DNA of 64,000 nt from Granulicella sp. (GCA_027339965.1 DAHWNL010000073.1:16177-80176), one strand, 5' to 3'; shown: positions 25,941 to 35,889, numbered from the stretch's first letter. Made by a program: numbers and translations. The notes: generated by a model not told the origin, from the letters alone.

Positions 25941-28367
25941 TCAGCGATCCCTTACGATCTGCTTCGTCCCGCCGTCCATGCGGAGCAGGAATTCCCTCGC
26001 CTCCCCACGGACCGAATAGAGACAATCGTTCTCGACCACAACGCGGACCCGCTGGATCGGACATTGCACCTGAGTTCGAATGCCGCCCGTCCGGACCGCG
26101 ATCGAGTCGATCACCTCCTGCGGAAAGGCGTGAAACAAGATCGAGCCCATGCCTTTGCCGCGCGAGACCACCGTATGGAGCGCCTGGCACCAGCCCACCC
26201 GGTCTTCCTGCTTCGCGTCACCCCAACTGCGGATGATCGATTGCAGAGAGGCCGCCTGGTCGCGGGCCTGTTCCTGAGCACGGCGGTAGCGAGCCTTTGC
26301 TTTCGCAAACGCCCGTTGCTCCGTGGCGATGCTCTGCCGTTCCCCTGAACGCCTGGCTTCCGCCACGCGCTCGGCCGCCTGCTCATGCGCTTTCTGCTCC
26401 ACGGTGAGTTTGGCCTGGATCATGCCGTGTCCGGCTGCGTACACGGAATTGATCAGGCGTGATTCCAGAAACATCGAACTTGTCACTTCGTTCCCGGTGA
26501 TCAGTCCGCGGAACTGCTCGATCGGGAAGGGCTTCTCCATAAGTTCCTCGATGTGCTTGCGAAGAATGTTGTAGAGCCTTCCGATACGATCCGTGGGCAG
26601 AACGTCGAGCGTGAGGGGCAGTTCCTTGTCATTGATCGCCTTGGCTTCCTTGAGCGCAAGCCAGGGCGCCGGAGAAACCTGCTGGCGAATCGCCTGCAGC
26701 TTCTTCCGGTCGGCGTTGGTGTTGTGCTTGAGCGAGTCGATCTCCAGCTGCAGCTCCGAGACCAGCTCATAGAGCAAGTCTTCACGGCCACCGGCGACAC
26801 AGGAGCTCATCAGGTCGGTGATAACCCCGATCTGATTCCCGCGCGACTTGAGGGCCACGAACTCGAGCGAGAACCACGGAGACCTGGCTCTTCCCGCCTT
26901 GGTCTTCGTGACTTCATGTTCGTGTTCCATGCGGAACCGGCTGTCCACAAAACGTGGAAACCTATCCGCATCGATCACACACACCCAGTCGAAGTCGAAA
27001 TCCCCGCCGTTGCGTTTGGCGGTCTCCGAATGCAGTGTGTATGTCCCTTCGAGAGTCAGCTGGTCGGCCACGACCTGGGCGGCAACTTCCTGGTCCATCC
27101 CAAATCGCGCCATCAGCTCGACGATCAATTGCTCGCCCTGCAGGTGTTCGAGTGGAAGCAGGTCCTCTTTCATGCGCACGGGATAACGTACGCACAGGCC
27201 CCGTTTCGACGGTAGGGTGGTGATGGCTGCGGTGAGCGGCATCCAGTCGGCGCCGCTGAGGACCCTGCCACACTGAGCAACCAGAAAGCCGTCATCCGCC
27301 AGCGCGAAGGCGGGCAGTTTGACGCCTCCTCCGGTCATCAGTTTGTAGGCCCAATGCGCCATCAGTTTGCTGAGTTGGGTGTGGATATAGGGATGACGGG
27401 TGATTTCCCCCGATCCATCGGCGAGCAAGGCCGCCTCGACAACCCGCTGGAACTCTTCCTCCGCGGCTTCATCGTCTTGGCGGATCTCGCGGCCGATGAG
27501 TTCGACCACCTTGCGGTGATTGCCCTCTCTCCACGCGGTTTTGAGCGTTTCGATGATTTCGACGGCCTGCGGAACAATCTCGGTTTCAATTGACTCCGCC
27601 GGCGCATGCTGGAGTACCGTGTAGCTCGATTCGAACTCAAGGGGACGCGAGACTTCCCGGATCCCCAGCACGATCGGGCTACGATAGACACGCGACCCGA
27701 GGCCGATCATGCTGGCCACGGCATTCGGCATCTTGATACTCGGCTTGATGGAACTTTCGGGAACGATGACGTCGACCTGAAGGACGTCGGCGACATCGTC
27801 GGACATTACCTTGAAGCTTCCTTTTGCCTGGGTATCGGCGAAGGCGAGGCGGAACTGGTAAAAGTGGCCTTCGGGAAGCGCGAGCTTCTCGAAAGTTCTT
27901 TTCCGGATCCATCCCCGGCAGTCGTTCGTTCCCAGTTCCAGGTCCTTGACCACCATCACGGTCGCTTCAGTCTCCGCGTGCACGACTTTGCAGTCGGACA
28001 CCAGAATGCCGAAGTACGTGATGGCAGCCTCGGGCCATTGCTGGAACCGTTTGGCAATCAGGGGCTCGTGATGGGCGTCGCAGTAGTAGTACTTGCCGTT
28101 TTTGGCCGAACCGGACGCGCCGACCATCCTGTACGCAATCCCGTTGTGCGAGATCGCAGTCATCCGGTCGGCAACCCGCGCCTCTTCCACATCGTCAAGA
28201 GGCTCGGTGGGAACGCTGACCAGCGCCACGTGGATGTTCGGGTACATTGTGCCGAGAAGCGTGTGATCGAGCCAGCACTCCTGACCTGTGCCGGGGATCC
28301 GTTCCTCGATGCGTCCGTTGGTGTCGATATCGAGCATCACAATTCGATTTCCGTTTCCACTTTGCAT
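25941..28367 (-). CDS. Single-subunit two-barrel RNA polymerase (cellular RdRP/YonO-like)
   Basis: Ordered motifs NDCRGWI, FYQFRL...AKGSF, ESSIK, ALADDGFL, CVRYPV..EDL, GGDFDFD, NQIGVITD, LQLEIDSLK match the motif series of RdRP-fold polymerases; AAGGAG RBS before the ATG at 28367. Confidence 0.8.
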   Translation of the reverse strand: MQSGNGNRIVMLDIDTNGRIEERIPGTGQECWLDHTLLGTMYPNIHVALVSVPTEPLDDVEEARVADRMTAISHNGIAYRMVGASGSAKNGKYYYCDAHHEPLIAKRFQQWPEAAITYFGILVSDCKVVHAETEATVMVVKDLELGTNDCRGWIRKRTFEKLALPEGHFYQFRLAFADTQAKGSFKVMSDDVADVLQVDVIVPESSIKPSIKMPNAVASMIGLGSRVYRSPIVLGIREVSRPLEFESSYTVLQHAPAESIETEIVPQAVEIIETLKTAWREGNHRKVVELIGREIRQDDEAAEEEFQRVVEAALLADGSGEITRHPYIHTQLSKLMAHWAYKLMTGGGVKLPAFALADDGFLVAQCGRVLSGADWMPLTAAITTLPSKRGLCVRYPVRMKEDLLPLEHLQGEQLIVELMARFGMDQEVAAQVVADQLTLEGTYTLHSETAKRNGGDFDFDWVCVIDADRFPRFVDSRFRMEHEHEVTKTKAGRARSPWFSLEFVALKSRGNQIGVITDLMSSCVAGGREDLLYELVSELQLEIDSLKHNTNADRKKLQAIRQQVSPAPWLALKEAKAINDKELPLTLDVLPTDRIGRLYNILRKHIEELMEKPFPIEQFRGLITGNEVTSSMFLESRLINSVYAAGHGMIQAKLTVEQKAHEQAAERVAEARRSGERQSIATEQRAFAKAKARYRRAQEQARDQAASLQSIIRSWGDAKQEDRVGWCQALHTVVSRGKGMGSILFHAFPQEVIDSIAVRTGGIRTQVQCPIQRVRVVVENDCLYSVRGEAREFLLRMDGGTKQIVRDR

Positions 28368-28424
28368 GAGAGTTCTCCTTGTGTTTTGGGCACAGGAAGA
28401 ATCCATGCCAACCGCATGATGCCG

Positions 28425-28573
28425 GCTGACCTGGCTCTTTCCCGACCGTTGTTGAAGGGGAACTAACCAGGCTCGAAATGCCGGGTCAGCGGTACGAATC
28501 CTCGCGAGTTGAGCCCGCAAGGTGGCTCAGAGAACCGAATCCTGAAAGCGTGCTTTCGTGATCGGTTTTTCTG
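28425..28573 (+). other. Multi-hairpin structured intergenic element upstream of the polymerase gene
   Basis: Stems 28425-34/28481-90, 28510-28529 (GCAA loop), and 28528-38/28562-73 enclosing GAAAGC-GT-GCTTTC. Confidence 0.5.
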
Positions 28574-28593
28574 AATTCGCCCGCGCGGCGCTC

Positions 28594-28911
28594 TCAGGCA
28601 CGCGCGGAAACCGCCTCTTTCTTAATCTCGACCAATCCTTCTTTCACAATCGCGCGTGACCTCCACACCTCCACGCGGTAGTACGGCACATCGCGTTTGA
28701 GCGCCTCGACCATCGCGCCGCCTTCGTTCGGGAATTTCTCTTTGAGAACGAGGGGCTGCCCGTCGCTCTCCCCGCCGGCGCCAAGGAAATAGAGGACGAG
28801 CGAGCCATCGGGCGCTCGCTCTGTCTCCCCTCTTTTGCGCCGCCGTTTCTTTTCGCCGGCCGCCGCTGTCGCCGCGGGCATCGGCATCACTCGCGCTGCC
28901 TCAGTACTCAT
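28594..28911 (-). CDS. Hypothetical protein
   Basis: ATGA overlap with the upstream virB8-like gene; basic N-terminus. Confidence 0.65.
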   Translation of the reverse strand: MSTEAARVMPMPAATAAAGEKKRRRKRGETERAPDGSLVLYFLGAGGESDGQPLVLKEKFPNEGGAMVEALKRDVPYYRVEVWRSRAIVKEGLVEIKKEAVSARA

Positions 28912-29660
28912 GGTTGATGGCTCCCTTCCGCCTGACCGGTCTCGGACAATGGATCTCCCGTCAGGACTGCATCTCTCTTTTCGCCTTCGATTTGTTTGGA
29001 CCAGTACTCTCCGACCAGCAGGCCGCTCGGGTTCTGCGCGGAGCGGTCCACGTTGACCAGTCGAATGTGGTATTCCTCCACAAGCTGATCGATCGACTCC
29101 TCCTGGCTGGTCACCGTGCGAACCGTGCGCACGCCAAAGGCTGTATAGACCAGCGGTTCTGTCTTGCTCTGCTCGATATGGCTCAGCCTGAGTGTGGAAC
29201 TTGCCTGCGCCTGCTCAAGTTTGCCGACCGTATCGTTCTTCTCAAGGTCGGCGAGCGCCTGCCGGCGGAGATTCTCCGTCATCCGATTGAGGGCGTCTGC
29301 CCAGTTCTGCGAGAGCGTGTACGAGTCATAGCTCAAATAGCGGTTGAGGAAATCCGTGATGAAGGCTTGTCTCTCGTAGTCATCGGCCGCCACCGCGCTT
29401 GGCTTGTCGGCGAAGAGCGCCGGAAGAATTCTGTTTTTTGCCCTCTTTATGGGCGATACCACCGATGCCTGGCCATTCGCGCCGACACGAATCACCGTCG
29501 GAGGTTCCATACGAACGAAGAGAAAGCCCGCCACCGCGACGAGGGCGACCAGCCCCATGATGCCAGCGAGAACCAGACTGCGGTTTGAATAGGCTCGCAG
29601 CGCTCCATCCATCTCGTAGAACTTCGGCGTCTCGTTGTTCAGTTTCGTTCTCGTTTTCAC
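28908..29660 (-). CDS. VirB8/TrbF/TraE-like T4SS protein
   Basis: N-terminal TM, P.VIRV...G, C-terminal RSAQNPSGLLV. Confidence 0.8.
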   Translation of the reverse strand: MKTRTKLNNETPKFYEMDGALRAYSNRSLVLAGIMGLVALVAVAGFLFVRMEPPTVIRVGANGQASVVSPIKRAKNRILPALFADKPSAVAADDYERQAFITDFLNRYLSYDSYTLSQNWADALNRMTENLRRQALADLEKNDTVGKLEQAQASSTLRLSHIEQSKTEPLVYTAFGVRTVRTVTSQEESIDQLVEEYHIRLVNVDRSAQNPSGLLVGEYWSKQIEGEKRDAVLTGDPLSETGQAEGSHQP

Positions 29661-29675
29661 GGGTAGCCTCCTTCC

Positions 29676-30752
29676 TTACGCGAACCGCGTCATATTTGGG
29701 TCGTCGGGCGTGTTGGGTGGCGGCATACTGCCGCCTCCTCCCTGGCTCACGCTCAGTGCTCCGTAGGCGCCGCCCGTCGAAAATGTCGAGGGCATTGCTC
29801 CGCCCATGAGCCCCATTCCCGCTCCGACGATGCCGCCGGCGACAGCGCCCGCCGGTCCGGCCGCAGCGCCCAGCTCGGCGCCGTGGGAGATCCCGTGAGT
29901 GATCCTTGAGACCGTCATCGACAGGCCGAGACCTACTGCAGAAAACTGTCCACGCAGGATGAATGCTGCCACCATCGGGATCAGCAGGATACAGATCGCA
30001 TACATGATGCTGATGAGGCCGATGGTCTCGATCCCGCCGTCGAGCGGTCCCGTCGCGCCGAGGGTTGGGCCCAGCCCGAAGCTGCCCAGGTCGCCGTTGA
30101 GGATGGCGTTGACATCGTTCGCATGGATGGCTGTGATCAGGCAGCCAAAAACCGCGTAGATGATGGACCAGGCATTCCAGATCCCGAGGTTCAGGGCGTA
30201 GTACTTGGTCAGCGAGTTAATCAGCGAACTTGGAGCGAGGGCAATCACAAACGGCCCCATCGCAAAGAGGCAAGTGCCCCAAAACGTGTAGATCAAGGCG
30301 AAGATCTGGACGGCGATTGGGTAGATTAGATATGCAAATACGATCTCCACGAGAGTGAGTAAAGCCGAAGGCGTCCACGGAATTGCGTTGAATACAGCCT
30401 GATAACCCTTGTCTGCGAAAAGCGTTGACAACTGTAATTGCCAATTCTTTGCAAGATCGACGGCGCCGTATGCACTGTCGATAGAACTGGCAAGCTGGTT
30501 GAATCCGCTGTACGCATCGGAAAAGAATGCGGTCCAATTTCCGATCAGGAAGGCGGCGACTGCGTACTTCAGGAGCGTGCCGGTGAGCGAACGCAGGTCC
30601 CCGCCCTTCGTATAGGCCTCATAGATGCCGAGGACAAGACAGATCGTCATCAACACGTAAGAGACGCTCTGTTCGGTCCCGAGAATGCTTCCCGAGATGC
30701 CATTAACGGCTGAAGTCAGCATGGTCTGAAATTCAAAAATCCCTGTCGGCAT
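29676..30752 (-). CDS. VirB6/TrbL-like polytopic T4SS protein
   Basis: Multiple TMs, GPFVIAL motif, Gly/Ala-rich tail. Confidence 0.8.
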   Translation of the reverse strand: MPTGIFEFQTMLTSAVNGISGSILGTEQSVSYVLMTICLVLGIYEAYTKGGDLRSLTGTLLKYAVAAFLIGNWTAFFSDAYSGFNQLASSIDSAYGAVDLAKNWQLQLSTLFADKGYQAVFNAIPWTPSALLTLVEIVFAYLIYPIAVQIFALIYTFWGTCLFAMGPFVIALAPSSLINSLTKYYALNLGIWNAWSIIYAVFGCLITAIHANDVNAILNGDLGSFGLGPTLGATGPLDGGIETIGLISIMYAICILLIPMVAAFILRGQFSAVGLGLSMTVSRITHGISHGAELGAAAGPAGAVAGGIVGAGMGLMGGAMPSTFSTGGAYGALSVSQGGGGSMPPPNTPDDPNMTRFA

Positions 30753-30768
30753 CGGTTCTCCTCTCCCA

Positions 30769-31566
30769 TCAGTGCTGACCGAGAATCTGCAGCATTCTTT
30801 GATTCAGGTTCTGCATCTGCGTGGTCGAATCCTTGAGCGCCCCGCCGCGATTCGAAAGGCTCGCACTGTTCACGCGCAGCAGTTCCGCCATACCCATCTG
30901 GGTGTAGGCGTTTGCCTGTACGACCCATGCGCTAGCCTCGGCGTCGAGCATCGGCGCCGTTCCAGGAGCCGAGGCGGCAATCTGCTGATTCAGCTTTTGG
31001 GCGACCTCCATTTCCCGCGCCGCAAATGCGTCGAGCTCAATCGCCTTCTTGAGCGCATCCTGTGCCTGCGCGTCGCCCATATCGATCTGATACGCGATGT
31101 TCTGTGGGACAGCCGTCTGGGCAGGCAGAGGTTCGAATACGTTCTGGTAGGCGCTCCCGATGCTCCCAATGTCATTGGGGTCGGCCGACAGCATCTGCCG
31201 TTCGAGTTGTTGCGGATAGGGAAGCTGGGCGCTCGCGATATTCACGGATGCGAGCTGTCGGAAACTCAGGAAAGAGCTTGAAAAGTTGGTCGCCATCTGC
31301 CGCGCACTGTCGATCGCCGCAATCGGATAGAGCACTTGTTGCTGGAACTGCTGTTCCTCCTGTTCGACCTTGTCGATCAGCTTGAGCGGCGATGCCACGG
31401 CACTCGTGAGCGTGTTGTTGACCGCTTTCAGCCCGGCAAGAATGGCGGCGATGTCGATGCCGAACTGCGAGTGTGCCGGCTCGACTGCAACCACGGAGAG
31501 AATGACGAGCCCGACCGCCCCAAGGGCGATCCTCTGAGCCAGCGGGTGACGAAAAACACCTCTCAC
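30769..31566 (-). CDS. Secreted VirB5/TrbJ-like protein (paralog 2)
   Basis: Signal peptide (AHS-QFG), helical; shares APGTA and MQNLNQ with 31563-32333. Confidence 0.6.
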   Translation of the reverse strand: MRGVFRHPLAQRIALGAVGLVILSVVAVEPAHSQFGIDIAAILAGLKAVNNTLTSAVASPLKLIDKVEQEEQQFQQQVLYPIAAIDSARQMATNFSSSFLSFRQLASVNIASAQLPYPQQLERQMLSADPNDIGSIGSAYQNVFEPLPAQTAVPQNIAYQIDMGDAQAQDALKKAIELDAFAAREMEVAQKLNQQIAASAPGTAPMLDAEASAWVVQANAYTQMGMAELLRVNSASLSNRGGALKDSTTQMQNLNQRMLQILGQH

Positions 31567-32333
31567 TGTCCACCTCCTATTCGGTTCAACAGTTGCTGAT
31601 TGAGGTTTTGCATGTTGGTTGTCGATTGCTTCAGAACCGCATCCCGGTGAGCAAGCTCGATGGCTGCCTCGCGCAGCTGATAGGCGAGCAGCTTCTGTTG
31701 CATGGCGATGCTGGCAAGCTCGGCCGTTCGCGCTTCGGCCGCAACCATATCCGCGGTGCCAGGAGCCGTCGTCTCGGCCTGGTCTTCGATCTTCTGGGCC
31801 GCTTGAAGCATCGCCTGTGTCGCCTGGTCGGCGGCCATCGATTGTTCGGTTGCATCCCTGGCGGTTGCGTCTTCCATGTCCATCATTTGGAGATTGAGCT
31901 GTGGCGCTGCCCCGATTGCAGGCTGCGCTCCGTACTCCGTCGCGTAGCTCTGACTGATGTCAGGAATCTGGCCGCTCTGCGCACTGAGAATTTCCGACTC
32001 AAAACTCCTCGATGTCGGCAGAATGGCGCTGTTGACCCGGATGGCGAAGACGCTGTTCATCCACCCCCGGTAACTGGCCTTGATCGTAGCGATGTAGTTG
32101 CGCGTTTCCTCGGTCAGGGCCACCGGCCAGAGAGCCTGTTGCTCTGTTTGAAGGACCTCGCCGCGAACCCGGTTTATGTCACTCAAAGCGCCACCAATGG
32201 GCCCGGTGATTGTTCCCAAAATCGCAGAGAAGAGTCCTCCGAACTGCGCATAGGCGCCAGTCGGGACGAGAAGGGCCAGCAGCAGGATGGCGCTGCGGGT
32301 GAAGGCTATCCGCTCGGAACGGGCTTTTCTCAT
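31563..32333 (-). CDS. Secreted VirB5/TrbJ-like protein (paralog 1)
   Basis: Signal peptide (AYA-QFG), helical; between virB4 and virB6. Confidence 0.6.
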   Translation of the reverse strand: MRKARSERIAFTRSAILLLALLVPTGAYAQFGGLFSAILGTITGPIGGALSDINRVRGEVLQTEQQALWPVALTEETRNYIATIKASYRGWMNSVFAIRVNSAILPTSRSFESEILSAQSGQIPDISQSYATEYGAQPAIGAAPQLNLQMMDMEDATARDATEQSMAADQATQAMLQAAQKIEDQAETTAPGTADMVAAEARTAELASIAMQQKLLAYQLREAAIELAHRDAVLKQSTTNMQNLNQQLLNRIGGGQ

Positions 32334-35074
32334 ACCAGTTCCTCCTCAAACGAGACTTCGGCTTCCGACGCGTCCGAGTTGCGCTGATGGGGCTCCGGCT
32401 TCGGGGACCTTTTCCCAACTTCTGTACCCAACCGGCTTACTTCCCCTGAACGCTCCTCGGGCAATTCGGGCACCTCCGAAAGACCGTTCGGAAACGTTCT
32501 CGCCAGTTCCTCGAAGGCTTTGAGCCAACTCATTTCGCTGTGTGTCGACAGCCACCACTGCCGGTACCAGCGTTCCCGCGGATAGGTCGTCAGCAGCCAG
32601 TACTCGATCGGCGTGGGCACAATGTAGAGACTGTGCGTGGTCTCTGCCTTCTCTCCAATGACGATCAGGAACTCGCTTTTCCTGCCCTTTTCTGTCATCC
32701 CCAGCGTCTTCACCCGGTTGAGCGTGGTCTCGTTCAGGTGAACGAAGTGACGTAGTACGTCGAAGTTGCCCTTTTGCCGGCCGATCAGCTTGATCGCGGT
32801 CGTGGCGAGGATGGCGCCGCCGAACTCGTTGGGTTTGTCCGGCGTGCCGGTGAAGTCTTCGACCGCCTGCGAGATGCCCCACACACAGGCATTGCGTTTC
32901 CTGGCCGTGCGGAACAACTGCACGACAACCGGGGCTAGACTCGGCGACTGGAGCAGCGCCCAGCACTCATCGAGCACGGTAATGCACCGCTTGTTCGTCT
33001 TGCCCTGGGCACGTCGCGTCGTCGTGTAGGCAATCAGCAGGCTCATCGCCACCTCGAGCTTCGGATCGTCCTTCAACTGCTCAACGTTGAAGTAGAGCCA
33101 CGGCGTCGTCATGTCGATGGTTGTGTGTGTATCGAAGAGGCGCGCATACATCCCGTTGTTCACCCAGGCGCGCAGCTTCGCCGCGGCGATCCGCGCCATT
33201 TCGTTTACGTGGGGATTCTTGTCGTCGTCGTAATAGTTCTGGAGTTCGTCGTAGAGGTCGCTGTAAAGGGGGATCGGGTTATCCATTCGCATCTGCGCCC
33301 GCGCGTAGGTCTTGCGGATGGCGTTCATGATCAGGTTGTCGAGCAGGTCCGTGTCCCCTTCGCCGCTGTCGCCGATCATGTATCGCGTCAGGTTTTTGAG
33401 GAAGGACAGGTGATCGTTCGAAGGTTCCGTCTGTCCCGGTTCGAGATCGAAGGGATTGATCGTCTGACGGCTGTCGAGAGACATGGTGATCATCTCGCCG
33501 CCCATGAAACCGACCGCATGGTAGTAGCTGTCGCCCCGCTCGATGATCGACACCTGCACGTCCTGCCGCGCGCAGATCAGAAGCATCTTTCCGACGAGCA
33601 CGCTCTTGCCCGTTCCCGAGGTTGCGGCGATGATTGCGTTGGCGTTTTCGAGTGCCGGATCGAAGGGTGAGAAGGGCAGCAGCTGCCTGTAGGGCGTCTC
33701 GAACAGCATCAGCGGCGAGCGATTTGTCCCGGACCAGGGAAGCTCCAAAGGCAGAAGGTCGGCGCCGTGCGGGGTGAGCAGGTCGAGGTCGCGCCGGTCG
33801 TCCTCGGCGAGCCCCGGCAATGTCGAAAGATAGATGCGGCGGGTTGCAAGCGTCTCCGTGAGCCCGCGCGCGCCGTTCATATGCGCGACGACATGGAGCA
33901 CCTGCTGACGCCGGTTCGCCAACTCCCGTTCCGCTTTCTCGTATTGCTCGGCGGACCACGCGGGGGCCGAAGTGCGGATTCCAATGATCATGCCCACACG
34001 TGCGGTCTTGACCGAATTCGCGATCAACTCCTGCTGGATCTGAATCAATTCGTGCGTCGCCACCTGGGCCGTAACGTCGACGCGAAGATTGCCCTTCGAA
34101 TCTTTCTGCGCCGCCTGCATCTTGCGCAGCTTCTTCTTGTATTTGTCGAGAACGGCCCTTTGGTCGGGAATCGATACGTTCGTCGAGATGACGACGGGAA
34201 AACCGATCGTCATCAGCTGCCGCAGTATGCCTGGATACGTCCCATCGGGAGGCGCGTTCAGGCTGATGAAGCTCCAGAGCAGGCCGTCGATATTGATGTA
34301 GCTCTCGGTCTGCCCCAGAATGCTGACCGTTGTGGCGCGCTCGCGAGGGGAGATGTAGCGGGTCTCAGCCGGATGCGCATGGAGCGGCTTCCGGTCGGGG
34401 TCCATCGGACGCATTGCCCGCTTCACTTCGAGAAAGAGGTCGCCATCCGAGATGCGTTCAGGCCCGAGGCCGCCGGCCTTCATCGCGGACTCGATGCCGG
34501 CGATGAGCGACTCGAACTCGGCGACGGTGTCCTGGTGCTCCTTCCGCGACTTCTCGACAGCCTTGGTAACGGACAGAGTGAAGCCCCCATGCGCCCGCCG
34601 GCGATCCTCTTTGCTCATCGGCGCTCCGCCTGCGAGCAACGTACGCTTGTGCTTTGCCGGATCCCAGATCAGGTAGACTGCCGCAATCCGCGTGAGGTAG
34701 GTGCCCTGCTTTTCCTTCTCCGACCAGACTGCAAGACGCTGCTCGTCGAGCGCCTGAACCTCCGCGTTCTCACAACGCGATTCGGTGCGGTACTGATCGA
34801 GCAGGCCGTTGAGGCTCTCGACGACCTCGTAACGAAACTGGAGCCGCATGCTCTGTTCCGGCATGGCGCGGAGCAGGGATTCAAGAACGCTCTTTGCTTC
34901 ATTCCGTTCATCGTCATCGCCGAAATAGGTCATGGCGCCGGCAACGCGGAATCCGGCGACATAGCACCCGTCCGTGCGAACCATCACGTTATCGAGAAAA
35001 TCGCGGATCTTCAGCAGTTCGCATACCGCCGGGTCTTCAAGAGAGCGTTCATGCTGTGCGCGGGTTTTGGGCAT
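32330..35074 (-). CDS. virB4: VirB4-family T4SS ATPase
   Basis: ATSGTGKS, INPFDL, VLDECWALL, RTARKRN..ISQ; 914 aa. Confidence 0.95.
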   Translation of the reverse strand: MPKTRAQHERSLEDPAVCELLKIRDFLDNVMVRTDGCYVAGFRVAGAMTYFGDDDERNEAKSVLESLLRAMPEQSMRLQFRYEVVESLNGLLDQYRTESRCENAEVQALDEQRLAVWSEKEKQGTYLTRIAAVYLIWDPAKHKRTLLAGGAPMSKEDRRRAHGGFTLSVTKAVEKSRKEHQDTVAEFESLIAGIESAMKAGGLGPERISDGDLFLEVKRAMRPMDPDRKPLHAHPAETRYISPRERATTVSILGQTESYINIDGLLWSFISLNAPPDGTYPGILRQLMTIGFPVVISTNVSIPDQRAVLDKYKKKLRKMQAAQKDSKGNLRVDVTAQVATHELIQIQQELIANSVKTARVGMIIGIRTSAPAWSAEQYEKAERELANRRQQVLHVVAHMNGARGLTETLATRRIYLSTLPGLAEDDRRDLDLLTPHGADLLPLELPWSGTNRSPLMLFETPYRQLLPFSPFDPALENANAIIAATSGTGKSVLVGKMLLICARQDVQVSIIERGDSYYHAVGFMGGEMITMSLDSRQTINPFDLEPGQTEPSNDHLSFLKNLTRYMIGDSGEGDTDLLDNLIMNAIRKTYARAQMRMDNPIPLYSDLYDELQNYYDDDKNPHVNEMARIAAAKLRAWVNNGMYARLFDTHTTIDMTTPWLYFNVEQLKDDPKLEVAMSLLIAYTTTRRAQGKTNKRCITVLDECWALLQSPSLAPVVVQLFRTARKRNACVWGISQAVEDFTGTPDKPNEFGGAILATTAIKLIGRQKGNFDVLRHFVHLNETTLNRVKTLGMTEKGRKSEFLIVIGEKAETTHSLYIVPTPIEYWLLTTYPRERWYRQWWLSTHSEMSWLKAFEELARTFPNGLSEVPELPEERSGEVSRLGTEVGKRSPKPEPHQRNSDASEAEVSFEEELV

Positions 35075-35430
35075 CAGTCCGCCTCCATGTTGTCGGAATC
35101 CGTGAGGAAATCCGATGTGAGCTTGCGATCCCGGGCGCAGCCGCAGTACGCCCGCGGCAGCCCGTAGTACGTCACCAGATCGAGCAGGTAGCCGCGCGGC
35201 TTGCCGTACTTGAACACCACCAGACCGGGCACGCCGAGAACCAGCACCATCAGCATCAGGAACCAGTTCATAGGCAGAAAGAACATGTAGCGGTTGGGGA
35301 AGAGAAACTGTCCGACCAGCATGGCGATAGCGCAGGCCATCGCGAGAATGAGCATGTCCTCAAGCTCAAGGCCCAGCATCGTGACCTTGGCGTGCAGATT
35401 CCTCGATACCGGACTCATCCGTAAGGTCAT
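35074..35430 (-). CDS. VirB3/TraL-like membrane protein
   Basis: Two TMs, KYGKPRGYL; coupled to virB4. Confidence 0.7.
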   Translation of the reverse strand: MTLRMSPVSRNLHAKVTMLGLELEDMLILAMACAIAMLVGQFLFPNRYMFFLPMNWFLMLMVLVLGVPGLVVFKYGKPRGYLLDLVTYYGLPRAYCGCARDRKLTSDFLTDSDNMEAD

Positions 35431-35889
35431 TTACGCCACCCCCGCCGTCCCGGCCGCGATGAAGTGCTCCATCAGGCGCATCAGGCCCGACACGCATAAG
35501 CAGGCCCCGCCGGCGACAAAATGCCTGATCCAGTCGTCGCCGATATAGAGCCGCTCGAAGAATCCGCCCAGCCCGAGCACGGCGCGTGCAATCTCGATTC
35601 CTCCGTAGACAGGAAGAATCACATTGCCAACCCAGTCGGCGAGGCAGAGAATCGCCGCCCAGTACTGCGTCGTTCCCGAGCCCTGGCTCGCGAAGTCCTC
35701 GGCCAGCCTCAGAAGACCGGAGACCGACAAGGCACTCATCGTCCCGGCGATGTAGGGCTCGATGTGGTAGCCGCGCGAATACTTGAAGATGCCAAGAGCC
35801 AGAATCAGCACGGCGAGTATGGGCATGACAGCATTGCCCACCCAGTTGGTCAGCCCCAGCATCCCGGCGTCGAATGAGCCGCCATTCAT
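35431..35889 (-). CDS. Pilin-like (VirB2-like) protein, two repeats
   Basis: Two copies of WVGN...P...VSGL.RL.E.F. Confidence 0.6.
   Translation of the reverse strand: MNGGSFDAGMLGLTNWVGNAVMPILAVLILALGIFKYSRGYHIEPYIAGTMSALSVSGLLRLAEDFASQGSGTTQYWAAILCLADWVGNVILPVYGGIEIARAVLGLGGFFERLYIGDDWIRHFVAGGACLCVSGLMRLMEHFIAAGTAGVA

Noticed and set aside
25941..28367. Calling the polymerase an RNA-templated RNAi enzyme
   Set aside because: The fold does not determine the template. The characterised prokaryotic relative YonO is DNA-dependent, and no Argonaute- or Dicer-like gene is in the ICE (rnc belongs to the host backbone).
6337..28434. GGCTGACCTGG present at both ~6337 and ~28424
   Set aside because: An 11-bp GC-rich match with no extended similarity is compatible with chance.
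1248..35167. Long + strand ORFs (for example 1248-2864, 8214-9731, 12843-13991, 22538-24319, 33767-35167)
   Set aside because: They are antisense shadows of well-supported minus-strand genes in GC-rich DNA and carry no recognisable motifs.
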